A stretch of 64,000 nt of DNA from the NCBI GenBank assembly GCA_913058255.1, contig CAJXQU010000002.1, positions 169,352-233,351 of the forward strand. Direction: 5' to 3'. Position numbers and translations under genes: made by a program. The notes under the pieces are model-generated. The model had not been told where the DNA came from, ran no database searches, and saw only the letters and a program-made list of their open reading frames with translations. Position 1 is the stretch's first letter; every line of letters starts with the position of its first letter. Source of the DNA: an uncultured Pseudomonadota bacterium. GTDB lineage: Bacteria; Pseudomonadota; Gammaproteobacteria; CAJXQU01. This document shows, piece by piece, positions 1-8,751 of this stretch.

Positions 1-2
1 AT

Positions 3-995
3 CTGATCGAAAAGTTACAAACGCTTAAAAACTGTCTTAAGCCCGCAGCGGAAAGAGGTCGCACCATTGAAAATTGTCTGATTCGTACAGAACAAATACT
101 TAGCAGAGTGTTGGGTTTCTCTGATCAACACACCACAGCAGAGACAGCCGATGAAGGCGTATTGCAATGGTTTGAAACTTTCCAACGAACCTTCGTATTA
201 AACACAACGCCTTTAGAAATCTCGCAGGTATTTCAGGCTCGCCGACAAAGCTATCAATGCAGCTGGGTTTTTACGTCAGCGACACTGGCGGTTGGGAATA
301 ATTTTAATTACTTTTCACATCGACTCGGGCTTGATGAGGCCACAGCAAAACTTTGGGATAGTCCTTTTGATTATCAGAATCAAGCACTGCTGTATTTACC
401 TGGTCTTGGCTTAGAGCCCAGCCATAACCTCTATACTTCTACAGTTGTTGATGCTGCTATTCCTGTCTTAGAAGCGAGTAAGGGTAGAGCCTTCATGTTG
501 TTTACCAGTCACCGCGCCTTGCAAGAAGCCGCTGAATTACTAGCAGTTAAAACGGATTTCACCTTACTTATCCAAGGCAAAGCGCCTAAAGCAGAGTTGC
601 TCGATCAATTTATTAATACCCCTAACGCCGTATTACTCGGCACAAGTAGTTTCTGGGAAGGTGTCGATGTTCGTGGTGAAGCATTGTCCTGTGTGATCAT
701 CGATAAGCTTCCTTTTGCCTCCATGGGCGAACCTGTTATGCAGGCACGTTTGGACGCCATGCGTAAACAAGGTAAAAACCCATTTATGGAATATCAATTA
801 CCTGAAGCAGTAATTACCTTAAAGCAGGGTGTCGGTCGTTTGATCCGTGATGTCAAAGACTCTGGCGTCTTGATGATCTGTGACCCACGGTTGAACACAA
901 AACCGTATGGCCGAACATTTCTTGCATCTTTACCACCAATGCGACAGGTAAGAGAATTACAAGATGTAAAGACTTTCTTTAAAGAATATCAATAA
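3..995 (+). CDS. yoaA: DinG/YoaA-family ATP-dependent DNA helicase, C-terminal part (5' end outside window)
   Basis: Frame is open from base 3. Motifs FTSATL, LFTSHRAL, SFWEGVDVRG, IDKLPF and KQGVGRLIR are typical of the Helicase_C_2 domain of YoaA/DinG. Confidence 0.9.
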   Translation: MIEKLQTLKNCLKPAAERGRTIENCLIRTEQILSRVLGFSDQHTTAETADEGVLQWFETFQRTFVLNTTPLEISQVFQARRQSYQCSWVFTSATLAVGNNFNYFSHRLGLDEATAKLWDSPFDYQNQALLYLPGLGLEPSHNLYTSTVVDAAIPVLEASKGRAFMLFTSHRALQEAAELLAVKTDFTLLIQGKAPKAELLDQFINTPNAVLLGTSSFWEGVDVRGEALSCVIIDKLPFASMGEPVMQARLDAMRKQGKNPFMEYQLPEAVITLKQGVGRLIRDVKDSGVLMICDPRLNTKPYGRTFLASLPPMRQVRELQDVKTFFKEYQ

Positions 996-1087
996 GTCAT
1001 TGAAATACTAGCGAGTTACCGTTACCTTATCTTAAAGTTTAGCGAGTAACTTACGCTAAGCTAACTGTTAGTGTAGTCATTTGAAGA

Positions 1088-1327
1088 GTGAGCGTAATGT
1101 TAGTAGCTGAAGAAATAGGTGAAATGGAATCCACGCTTGATCATTTTGGGATGCTTGAGTTATTGAAAAATCATTATGGCGATGGATCGGTCTATGTCCC
1201 AGATGGTGCTTCAACCGATCTGCTCGTTATGGCTGTCCAACAAGGCTACGTAAACGAAGAAGGCTACTTAACTCGCAAAGGTCGCAAGTATGTTACCGAG
1301 CATCGATTACAAAAAAACCGTTATTAA
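1088..1327 (+). CDS. Small hypothetical protein, possibly winged-helix-like
   Basis: 79 aa ORF filling the gap between genes. The C-terminal GYVNEEGYLTRKGR resembles a wing motif. No family recognised. Confidence 0.6.
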   Translation: MSVMLVAEEIGEMESTLDHFGMLELLKNHYGDGSVYVPDGASTDLLVMAVQQGYVNEEGYLTRKGRKYVTEHRLQKNRY

Positions 1328-1346
1328 TGGTTAGCGTTAAATTTGA

Positions 1347-1838
1347 TCAGCTCTTGGTTTGAAAAACACCTTCCTCGCAGTTTTTTCTTACATCATCCCA
1401 AGGAAAAAGTTTTCCATTCATAGCGATGTAGATACCTTCCTGCAAACATTGCACCGCAGATATCGCACAGCCTAAATTAAACATACTATCTGAGTAACTG
1501 ATCGTAAACGGCACCATCGCACCGAACAAAACCACGGTCTTGCCTGTCAGGTTTGCTGCTAGAACTGCCGCAGTTTCAACCATCGTATCCGTACCATGAG
1601 AGATAATAATCATCTGTTCCTTACTCTCGAGGCAGTGCTGATTGATCAGGCTGCGATCATTATCATCCATCTCTAAACTGTCTTTTAGCATGACCGTTTC
1701 AGACATTATTTCAACTTTACATCGAGACTGATCAAGCATTGCAGGCATATGGCTTTCTGTAAATGTCAGGCTGCCATCTAATTCGTTGTAGATTTTGTCG
1801 ATGGTTCCACCGGTAATTATAAATTTAATAGCTGACAT
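1347..1838 (-). CDS. Single-domain asparaginase-family protein
   Basis: Catalytic motifs TGGTIDK and HGTDTM; only 163 aa (N-terminal domain). Confidence 0.85.
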   Translation of the reverse strand: MSAIKFIITGGTIDKIYNELDGSLTFTESHMPAMLDQSRCKVEIMSETVMLKDSLEMDDNDRSLINQHCLESKEQMIIISHGTDTMVETAAVLAANLTGKTVVLFGAMVPFTISYSDSMFNLGCAISAVQCLQEGIYIAMNGKLFPWDDVRKNCEEGVFQTKS

Positions 1839-1956
1839 TTAGAGCCTCGTGTTGAGTTATTGTTATGACTTCTGGTTAGCATAGTAAAGATTGTCAGAAA
1901 TTATACATGGCAAAGTATAAGTAAGTTGAACGTCTAGTGAGATACTAACAGCAGAT

Positions 1957-1985
1957 AAAAAAATGGCGCCTTTAATAAAGGCGCC
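1957..1985 (-). terminator. Rho-independent terminator
   Basis: Perfect 9-bp stem ggcgccttt/aaaggcgcc (1965-1985) followed on the minus strand by A and seven T. Confidence 0.8.
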
Positions 1986-2034
1986 TAATTTAAACCAAAG
2001 GGAGGAGCGTAACCGTCAAGGGTGACGGATTACA
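1957..2034 (-). ncRNA. Candidate sigma54-dependent base-pairing sRNA (~78 nt)
   Basis: 5' hairpin GUAAUCCGUCA-CCCU-UGACGGUUAC, then single-stranded GCUCCUCCCUUUGG, then terminator GGCGCCUUU-AUU-AAAGGCGCC with a U run. It starts ~12 nt downstream of a -24/-12 element. Confidence 0.6.
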
Positions 2035-2044
2035 AATGAGAGTT

Positions 2045-2060
2045 TGCATATGTCATGCCA
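2045..2060 (-). promoter_or_regulatory. sigma54 (RpoN) -24/-12 promoter
   Basis: Minus strand TGGCATGACATATGCA, GG-N10-GC, close to consensus TGGCAC-N5-TTGC. Confidence 0.7.
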
Positions 2061-2153
2061 TTATTTTAAATCACATATAAAACAATGAGATATAAACATG
2101 CTTATTTTTTTTCTACTTTTTTAGAGTATTCCTCGCTCAAATGTGTCCCAATT

Positions 2154-2167
2154 GTCGTGTTTTTGAC
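2154..2167 (-). promoter_or_regulatory. Possible enhancer-binding-protein site (FleQ-box-like)
   Basis: Minus strand GTCAAAAACACGAC resembles the 14-bp GTCA-A-rich-TGAC FleQ box, ~120 bp upstream of the predicted sigma54 start. Confidence 0.35.
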
Positions 2168-2319
2168 TTTCAGTATTTTGATGATTGCAGTCTCACTATA
2201 AGCTAAATTTAGGTAAGTGCTAATCGCCAGATTAAGGTGTTGTGCTTGGTACCCAGATTAATATTGAATACATAGCAAGAGGATAGTTTATATGCCTAAT
2301 AACATCATTAAGGTTAATA

Positions 2320-2466
2320 GTTAGAGATAGAATAACGTTCTAGCTATCTTTAATCCCTAACTCAGGTTAAATAAGGAAGGTGGCCATCCTTGGCCAAGTT
2401 TATTACAGGCCATTCCTTGGCCCGTAAATTACCAGCAGCTGCATGTCCGTGTGCAATCACTGCTGA
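2320..2466 (-). ncRNA. Candidate CsrA/RsmA-sequestering sRNA (Rsm/Csr type)
   Basis: Three hairpins with ANGGA in the loop: CAGCAG..UGCA-CACGGACA-UGCA..CUGCUG, UUACGGGCCA-AGGAA-UGGCCUGUAA and GGCCA-AGGA-UGGCC. A fourth AGGGA and a possible terminal hairpin lie near 2322-2360. The 3' end is uncertain. Confidence 0.65.
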
Positions 2467-2471
2467 AATAT

Positions 2472-2499
2472 GTATCGGGCAAAGGAGCAAATTCCTTTA
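2472..2499 (-). promoter_or_regulatory. sigma28 (FliA)-like promoter
   Basis: Minus strand TAAAG-N15-CCCGATAC versus consensus T(A/C)AAG-N14-GCCGATAA. One mismatch at each end of the -10 element, and the spacer is 1 nt long. Confidence 0.45.
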
Positions 2500-2580
2500 G
2501 CTTAAACCTCAGTTATTTTTTATCTTCTAGGATAACAAAGACTTGCAGAATGCAGTATGTGGCGTGACAGAATATTGACG

Positions 2581-3957
2581 CTATTCCGTATCTTGAATAG
2601 GCAAGTTGAGGTTTTGTTCACGGTTTTCAGGCTCATCGTCATAATTACTATCTAATTCAAGCGCTGAAATAGCCTGCACAGAAGAACCAATTATTCCTCT
2701 GACGTCACCATACATTCCTATCGTATTGCTTGTAATACGCTGGATCTGCTTTTCACGTTCTTTCCAGATACGCTCCATGGCACGTTTTTCTTTATGAAGC
2801 TGCTCTTGCATACTGCTGAAGGTTTCTACAATGGCTTCTACGCGTTGTTTAAACTCATCGCCAGAGAGGTAGCTGAACATCATTTCCATCTTTTCTCCTT
2901 TACCTTGAGAGGCATTTCTTGCGAAATTTATTTGGATCAATTGTTCACGTAGAGCGGAAGCTAAGGGCAAGGCTGACTGAACATCACTGACCCAGACACC
3001 CTCTAACAAACCAAAGCCTTTTATGCCCTCAGGCAAAGCTACAGTGACGAGGATGGATAAATTTGCACCGATATCACGTTGATCATCTTTTAACTTTGGT
3101 ATCCACTGCTGAGACCAGTTTTTTGTATTCTTTGCTTCCCAGATGATTTTTCCACAATCGTTCATCGTCGTGTCACGTACATCTTGGATCACATCAGCAC
3201 CTTTGATCCCTTTTGGTACAGGTGATATTTCATCATGCACAAACTGGCTACGTAGCCTTCTTTCTAGATCCAGCTCTAAAACCTCGCCTTGGATCTCCAT
3301 CGAGCCTTGTTCACTTTTGCGCTTAGCTTCCTCCAATGACTTACGCAGGCCGTCAATCTGCATCTCTTTTTCTCTAAGCTTAAGGCTAGTTTCATCAGAA
3401 AATTGTTTACTGATCTTCTCTTCTATTCCTTTACGCTCCTCATCAATTTTACGTTGAAACTCAAGATCCATATTCTTTTGCTTTTCTTCTAGTTCTCTCG
3501 CTTGTTTGCGGATCTCAAGTTCTTTCTTTTGTGCTTCTTCGACACGACTATCTTTTTCTTTTATTTGTGCTTGTAGATCATTGATCTCAACAGCTGCAGC
3601 TTGTTTGGCTTTTTGCTCCAGTTGGCTACGTAAAATCTGCTCTTGTTTTTTTAAACGTGATTCAAGTTCTTCATCTAACTGCTCACTTTTAGCCTCTAAA
3701 TCTCTTTGTTGTTTCTTTAGGCCTAACTCTTTTTGACGCGCGAGTTCTAGTCGTTGGTTCTGTTCGTCCAACTGTAGCTTCATATCTTCTTTTTCAATAG
3801 AAAATTGCTGTTGCGTCTTCTTCTCCGCTGCTGCAACTGCCTGTGAAAGCTTCTGTTCGTTGTCTTTTCTCAGTTCATTTTCGATCTGTTGTGACAGTAC
3901 CGTTGAGATCTCGATTTCAGTATTACACTCAGGGCATTTAATGGATTTGTCTGTCAT
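2581..3957 (-). CDS. DUF2130 domain-containing coiled-coil protein
   Basis: N-terminal CPEC, long coiled coil, and C-terminal QGEVLE..GADVIQ..IIWEAKNTKNWS..KLKDDQR typical of DUF2130. Confidence 0.85.
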   Translation of the reverse strand: MTDKSIKCPECNTEIEISTVLSQQIENELRKDNEQKLSQAVAAAEKKTQQQFSIEKEDMKLQLDEQNQRLELARQKELGLKKQQRDLEAKSEQLDEELESRLKKQEQILRSQLEQKAKQAAAVEINDLQAQIKEKDSRVEEAQKKELEIRKQARELEEKQKNMDLEFQRKIDEERKGIEEKISKQFSDETSLKLREKEMQIDGLRKSLEEAKRKSEQGSMEIQGEVLELDLERRLRSQFVHDEISPVPKGIKGADVIQDVRDTTMNDCGKIIWEAKNTKNWSQQWIPKLKDDQRDIGANLSILVTVALPEGIKGFGLLEGVWVSDVQSALPLASALREQLIQINFARNASQGKGEKMEMMFSYLSGDEFKQRVEAIVETFSSMQEQLHKEKRAMERIWKEREKQIQRITSNTIGMYGDVRGIIGSSVQAISALELDSNYDDEPENREQNLNLPIQDTE

Positions 3958-4113
3958 GGCGGTTCCGTCTATTATGAGTCATGTGTAAACACATCAGGTT
4001 AGCGTGAGATAAGAAGATCTACCACCGTTTTAGAAAAACAGTAGAAAGAAATTCATAATATACAATAACAATAATATCCAAAAAGGATAAAATCGAAATG
4101 AGGAGGAGCACAG

Positions 4114-4530
4114 ATGTACTCAGGTTTAGATAAGAGCTCTAAGGGGAGAAGCTTGCTCATCTTTGTCATAGGAGCGTTAGTCTTAGCAGCCGGTCTGATA
4201 GGAATAAAACCCAGTTGGACGATTTTTAATATTATTCTTTCAGAACTAAAACTCCCTGGCTCTCCGTACGATTATGCCAGTCTAGTCTATGCTGCACTAT
4301 GGATTGTCGCTACTGTATCAACCAGCATTGCGGGTATTAGCCTTATCGTCTCCGCGATTAGGCGTAAACAATTTGACCTAATTCCAGGACCAACGCTTTA
4401 TTTCTTAGGTTTAGCACTTGCAGTTATCGGCGGTTTTTTATTGACAGGTGGTCTAAGCTGGCAGGCTGTTATGGCTGTATCAACTGGTATCTTCTTAATC
4501 TATTGGGAATGGGAATACCACGTTAGTTAG
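4114..4530 (+). CDS. Hypothetical membrane protein
   Basis: 138 aa, about four hydrophobic segments, strong RBS GAGGAGGAG. Confidence 0.75.
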   Translation: MYSGLDKSSKGRSLLIFVIGALVLAAGLIGIKPSWTIFNIILSELKLPGSPYDYASLVYAALWIVATVSTSIAGISLIVSAIRRKQFDLIPGPTLYFLGLALAVIGGFLLTGGLSWQAVMAVSTGIFLIYWEWEYHVS

Positions 4531-4568
4531 ATTTAAACTTTAGTAGTTTCAACTTTAAGGGGATCAAC

Positions 4569-5240
4569 ATGGAAAACAAACAAACATTTAACCTTCAAAG
4601 CGTCATTGAAGATGCAAAGTCAATGATTACAAATCCGGTTGGCTTTTATCGCAATTTATCAAAGACAGGCGGTTTGTCTGATCCGATCATTTTTGTCTTA
4701 GTCATGGGTGTAATAGCGGGTTTAATCTTTGCTGTTTTCTCACTATTGGGACTTGGCCGAATGGCTGGAGCTGGGTTTGGGGCAGTTATATTTTTACCGA
4801 TAATGCTCTTGATCGGTAGTTTTATTTTCGCCGCTATTTTATATGTTATTTGGAAACTTATGGGGTCAGAGAACAATTATGAGACAGCTTATCGTTGTGT
4901 AGCCTACTCACTGGCCTTACTTCCTATTATGGCTGTGTTATCCGCCATACCTTACATAGGCACATTGATACATACTCTATGGGGCTCTTATTTAATGTAC
5001 ATCGCCAGTATAGAAGTACATCGCCTAGCGCCTAAAATTAGCATGATTGTTTTTGGGGTTTTAGCATTAATTGGTTTGATGTCTAATCTTGGCGCAGAAA
5101 AATCCTCAAGGATGATGGATGTTCACATGGGCAAATTTGGTGAACATATGGAAGGCATGGAAGATATGACGCCAGAAGAAATAGGCCGAGCCGCAGGGGA
5201 GTTCATGCGGGGTTTAGAAGACGGTGCTAAGGCCGAGTAG
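4569..5240 (+). CDS. YIP1-family membrane protein
   Basis: ITNPVGFY start, five TM segments, NYETAYRCVAYS motif. Confidence 0.8.
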   Translation: MENKQTFNLQSVIEDAKSMITNPVGFYRNLSKTGGLSDPIIFVLVMGVIAGLIFAVFSLLGLGRMAGAGFGAVIFLPIMLLIGSFIFAAILYVIWKLMGSENNYETAYRCVAYSLALLPIMAVLSAIPYIGTLIHTLWGSYLMYIASIEVHRLAPKISMIVFGVLALIGLMSNLGAEKSSRMMDVHMGKFGEHMEGMEDMTPEEIGRAAGEFMRGLEDGAKAE

Positions 5241-5292
5241 TTGTAAAGAGGACACACTTTTTCATCGTATTATCGAAAGGCTTTGTTTAAAG

Positions 5293-5326
5293 AGGCTTAT
5301 TGTCATCAAGATAATAAGCCTTTTTT
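5293..5326 (+). terminator. Rho-independent terminator
   Basis: Stem aggcttatt/aataagcct followed by a T run, downstream of the YIP1 gene. Confidence 0.7.
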
Positions 5327-5613
5327 CATTTTCACATCATTAAAGATTCCTGTCAGGTTTCTCTTCTCTAAGCGTGAATGAGCTTATAAAGCAACGTAAA
5401 GGTTTCTTGGGGATTTGGCTTATCATTGGTAGATACTAGCTTGCGAGCGTTCGCGGCACTGGCAGACTAACAAGAAGTACTTAGCGACATTTAAGCTCGG
5501 GATTCATTGTTTTAGCTTATGGAAAGTATGCATGACTCAAGCTTGATCGTGAACCGCATTTGTTGTCAGAGGGAAACAAGAAACAACACATAAAAATATA
5601 AACAAGAACTCAC

Positions 5614-5642
5614 GGAACTTATTGAGGTGTTTTTTAATCAAC
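5614..5642 (+). promoter_or_regulatory. RpoE/ECF-type promoter candidate
   Basis: GGAACTT-N16-ATCAAC versus sigmaE consensus GGAACTT-N16-GTCAAA, 65 bp upstream of the 5707 start. Confidence 0.45.
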
Positions 5643-5706
5643 TATTCGTTACCGCAAATATATCGATACCGTCAATCTAAAACAATTTAATGTTGGAGAC
5701 TTTATA

Positions 5707-7884
5707 ATGGGAACTGAACGTTCTAAGCAAAACTCCCAAGTAAAACGGTTTGTTTTGATCTTACTCGTAACAGTAGTTGGGATATATTTATACAACCACT
5801 ACGATTTAGGTCAAATATTAACCTTAGATTCATTGAAAGAAAGTCGAGACAAACTGGATGCTTATTATCAACAGAACCCCTTAGTTACGGCCGTTATTTT
5901 TTTTGCTGTCTATGTGACGACTGCGGCCTTATCGTTACCTGGCGCAGCTATTTTAACCCTAGCCGGTGGTGCCATTTTCGGTTTGGTTAAAGGCTTGGTT
6001 TTAGTTTCATTTGCTTCAAGCATTGGTGCCTTACTGGCCTTCTTAGTGGCAAGGTATGTTTTGTTTGATTCTGTGCAAAAACGTTTTGGAAAACAATTGA
6101 AACCGGTCAATGAAGGCATTGAACGTGATGGGATCTTATATTTACTAACAATGCGTTTAGTGCCGGTCTTTCCATTTTTCATGGTTAACTTACTGGCTGG
6201 CTTGACGACACTTTCGGCAGGCCGATTCTATTGGGTCAGTCAGCTGGGTATGTTGGTTGGAACGGCTGTCTATGTTAATGCCGGGACACAACTCAGTAGC
6301 ATTGAAAGCCTAGGTGACATTATTTCGCTTCCCATTTTAATCAGTTTTGTTCTGTTGGGTATTTTTCCATTTATTGCAAAGTTCATTGTTCGTAAGATCC
6401 AAAGTAAAAAAGTTTATAAGCCTTGGACAAAGCCTAAGCATTTTGATCAAAATCTAGTCGTTATCGGTGCAGGTGCCGGCGGACTTGTTACTTCTTACAT
6501 CGCAGCAGTGGTCAAGGCTAAAGTGACCTTGATAGAAAACCACAAAATGGGTGGCGATTGTTTGAATTATGGCTGCGTACCAAGTAAGGCGTTGATCCGT
6601 TCAGCAAAGATGGCAAAACAGCTTTCTAAAGCAGAGTCCTTAGGCATTACTGAGGCTACTGGGAAAGTGAATTTTTCAGCCGTTATGGAGCGTGTTCATC
6701 AGGTAATTAAGACGATCGAACCACATGACTCCATCGAACGCTATACCGAACTAGGTGTTAATGTGGTACAGGGTTACGCTAAGATAATCTCTCCTTGGGA
6801 AGTCGAAGTTTCGTCAGGCGATAATGTTCAAACTCTGACGACACGAAGCATTGTCATCGCAACCGGAGCTAGCCCTTTTGTACCGCCTATACCCGGACTA
6901 GATAAGGTCGGTTGTCTAACTTCCGATACGATCTGGGGCTTAACTGAGTGTCCAAAACGATTGCTAGTTATGGGTGGAGGACCTATCGGCTGCGAATTGG
7001 CTCAGAGTTTTGCAAGGTTAGGCTCAACAGTAACCTTGATAGAAAAATCACCGCGTCTAATGGTCAGAGAAGACCCTGAAGTTTCACAACTTGTAAAAGA
7101 AGCATTAGTAGAAGATGGTGTTGAAGTCCTAACGAATTTTGAGGTTGTCTCATGTGATCAGGATGTCAGTCAAAAGTGGTTAGTTGCCCAGTCTGCTGAT
7201 AAAGAAAAGATTATAAATTTCGATGAACTACTATGTGCAGTTGGTCGTCGGCCGAGAACAGAAGGCTTTGGTCTTGAAGAGCTTGGGATTCCACTTGCAA
7301 TACGTAACACGATTGAAGTGGATGACTACCTTCAAACAAACTATCCCAATATCTATGCCGTCGGCGATGTCGCAGGCCCTTATCAATTAACACATACAGC
7401 CGCTCATCAGGCGTGGTACGCGGCAGTCAATGCACTATTTGGACGTTTTAAACGGTTTAAAGTTGATTACTCAGTTATTCCTTGGGCGACCTTTACTGAT
7501 CCAGAAGTCGCACGTGTCGGCTTATCGGAAACGGAGGCAAAAGACCAAGACATCCGTTATGAAGTGACACGCTACGATTTGGATGATCTCGACAGAGCGA
7601 TCGCTGATGACACTACAAAAGGCTTTATTAAGGTATTAACCGTACCGAAAAAAGATCGGATTCTAGGCGTAACCATCGTTGGTGAGCATGCTGGCGATTT
7701 GTTGGCCGAATATGTGTTAGCTATGAAGCAAGGCATTGGTCTAAACAAGGTACTGGGAACTATCCATACTTATCCGACACTGGCTGAGGCTAACAAATAT
7801 GTAGCAGGCCAGTGGAAACAAGCGCATAGCCCAACTAAAATTTTATCCTGGGTTAAAAAATTCCATAAGTGGGAGCGCTCATGA
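5707..7884 (+). CDS. VTT (TVP38/DedA) domain fused to a pyridine nucleotide-disulfide oxidoreductase (LpdA/MerA-like)
   Basis: N-terminal LSLPGAAILTLAGG..RLVPVFPFF (SNARE-associated/VTT), then GAGAGG, redox motif GGDCLNYGCVPSK, GGGPIG and HTYPT. Confidence 0.9.
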   Translation: MGTERSKQNSQVKRFVLILLVTVVGIYLYNHYDLGQILTLDSLKESRDKLDAYYQQNPLVTAVIFFAVYVTTAALSLPGAAILTLAGGAIFGLVKGLVLVSFASSIGALLAFLVARYVLFDSVQKRFGKQLKPVNEGIERDGILYLLTMRLVPVFPFFMVNLLAGLTTLSAGRFYWVSQLGMLVGTAVYVNAGTQLSSIESLGDIISLPILISFVLLGIFPFIAKFIVRKIQSKKVYKPWTKPKHFDQNLVVIGAGAGGLVTSYIAAVVKAKVTLIENHKMGGDCLNYGCVPSKALIRSAKMAKQLSKAESLGITEATGKVNFSAVMERVHQVIKTIEPHDSIERYTELGVNVVQGYAKIISPWEVEVSSGDNVQTLTTRSIVIATGASPFVPPIPGLDKVGCLTSDTIWGLTECPKRLLVMGGGPIGCELAQSFARLGSTVTLIEKSPRLMVREDPEVSQLVKEALVEDGVEVLTNFEVVSCDQDVSQKWLVAQSADKEKIINFDELLCAVGRRPRTEGFGLEELGIPLAIRNTIEVDDYLQTNYPNIYAVGDVAGPYQLTHTAAHQAWYAAVNALFGRFKRFKVDYSVIPWATFTDPEVARVGLSETEAKDQDIRYEVTRYDLDDLDRAIADDTTKGFIKVLTVPKKDRILGVTIVGEHAGDLLAEYVLAMKQGIGLNKVLGTIHTYPTLAEANKYVAGQWKQAHSPTKILSWVKKFHKWERS

Positions 7885-8732
7885 AAATATTTTTTAAATT
7901 TAATAAACAAATAGCCACGTCTAACACGTCGTATTTTAGTGTCTTGAGCCTTTTGTTTTTGCTGATAACTAGCTTCTCAGTCTCAGCATTTGATCATGAG
8001 CATTCAGCTTGGACTAATCTGTTACAAGCTCACATAAAGGTTTTGAATAACGGACAGTCCTCACAAGTAGACTACCTAGGTTTTAAACAAAACCGATCAA
8101 AATTACAGGTGTACTTAAACAGTTTATCAGTCGTCAGCGAAAAAGATTTTTCAAGCTTTACTAAAGGCGAACAAAAATCTTTTCTGATCAATGCTTATAA
8201 TGCATTTACGATTGATTTAATTCTAACAAAATACCCTGATTTAGAATCTATTAATGACCTGGGCAGACTTTTCATAAATCCTTGGAAGAAGCGTTTTATC
8301 GATTTATTTGGAAAAACAATAAGCCTTGATGACATTGAACATGGCAAATTGCGAAACTCAGATACTTATGATGATCCAAGAATACATTTTGCAGTGAACT
8401 GTGCATCTATAGGGTGTCCACCGTTGCGAGAAGAAGCATTTATTGCTTCAAAAATTGATGCACAACTGGATGAACAGTCGACACGTTTTCTAAGCGATCA
8501 TACGCGTAACCGATTTGATGAAAAAAATATGGAACTAAACGTCTCAAAAATATTCAAATGGTACGATGATGACTTTGAAAAAGGTTATCGTGGCATAGAG
8601 TCGTTAGAACAGTTTTTTGCTGGTTATGCAGAGCAGTTGACTGATTCAAAAACTGCACAGGAAGTGATCAGATCACAGCAAGTTGATATTAAATTTTTAG
8701 ACTATGACTGGCGACTAAATGATACGCAATAA
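7881..8732 (+). CDS. DUF547 domain-containing exported protein
   Basis: Signal peptide, then INAYNA, DPRIHFAVNCASIGCP and YDWRLN. The ATG at 7881 overlaps the upstream TGA. Confidence 0.9.
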   Translation: MKIFFKFNKQIATSNTSYFSVLSLLFLLITSFSVSAFDHEHSAWTNLLQAHIKVLNNGQSSQVDYLGFKQNRSKLQVYLNSLSVVSEKDFSSFTKGEQKSFLINAYNAFTIDLILTKYPDLESINDLGRLFINPWKKRFIDLFGKTISLDDIEHGKLRNSDTYDDPRIHFAVNCASIGCPPLREEAFIASKIDAQLDEQSTRFLSDHTRNRFDEKNMELNVSKIFKWYDDDFEKGYRGIESLEQFFAGYAEQLTDSKTAQEVIRSQQVDIKFLDYDWRLNDTQ

Positions 8733-8751
8733 ATTTTAAGGACATATAGAC

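Noticed and set aside
1000-1015. TTGAAATACTAGCG after yoaA, resembling a frameshifted MKILA start of tsaB (often adjacent to yoaA)
   Set aside because: Only 14 nt of AT-rich similarity; chance is sufficient, and intact tsaB is at 57601.
3143-3736. ORFs antisense to the DUF2130 gene, and similar shadow ORFs inside guaB, xseA, ndh, the RND gene and the MCP
   Set aside because: They lie within well-supported genes, have no recognisable motifs, and show the low-complexity composition typical of antisense frames.
5707-7884. Mercuric reductase MerA call
   Set aside because: No C-terminal Cys-Cys pair and no mer genes; the VTT fusion points to a different subfamily.
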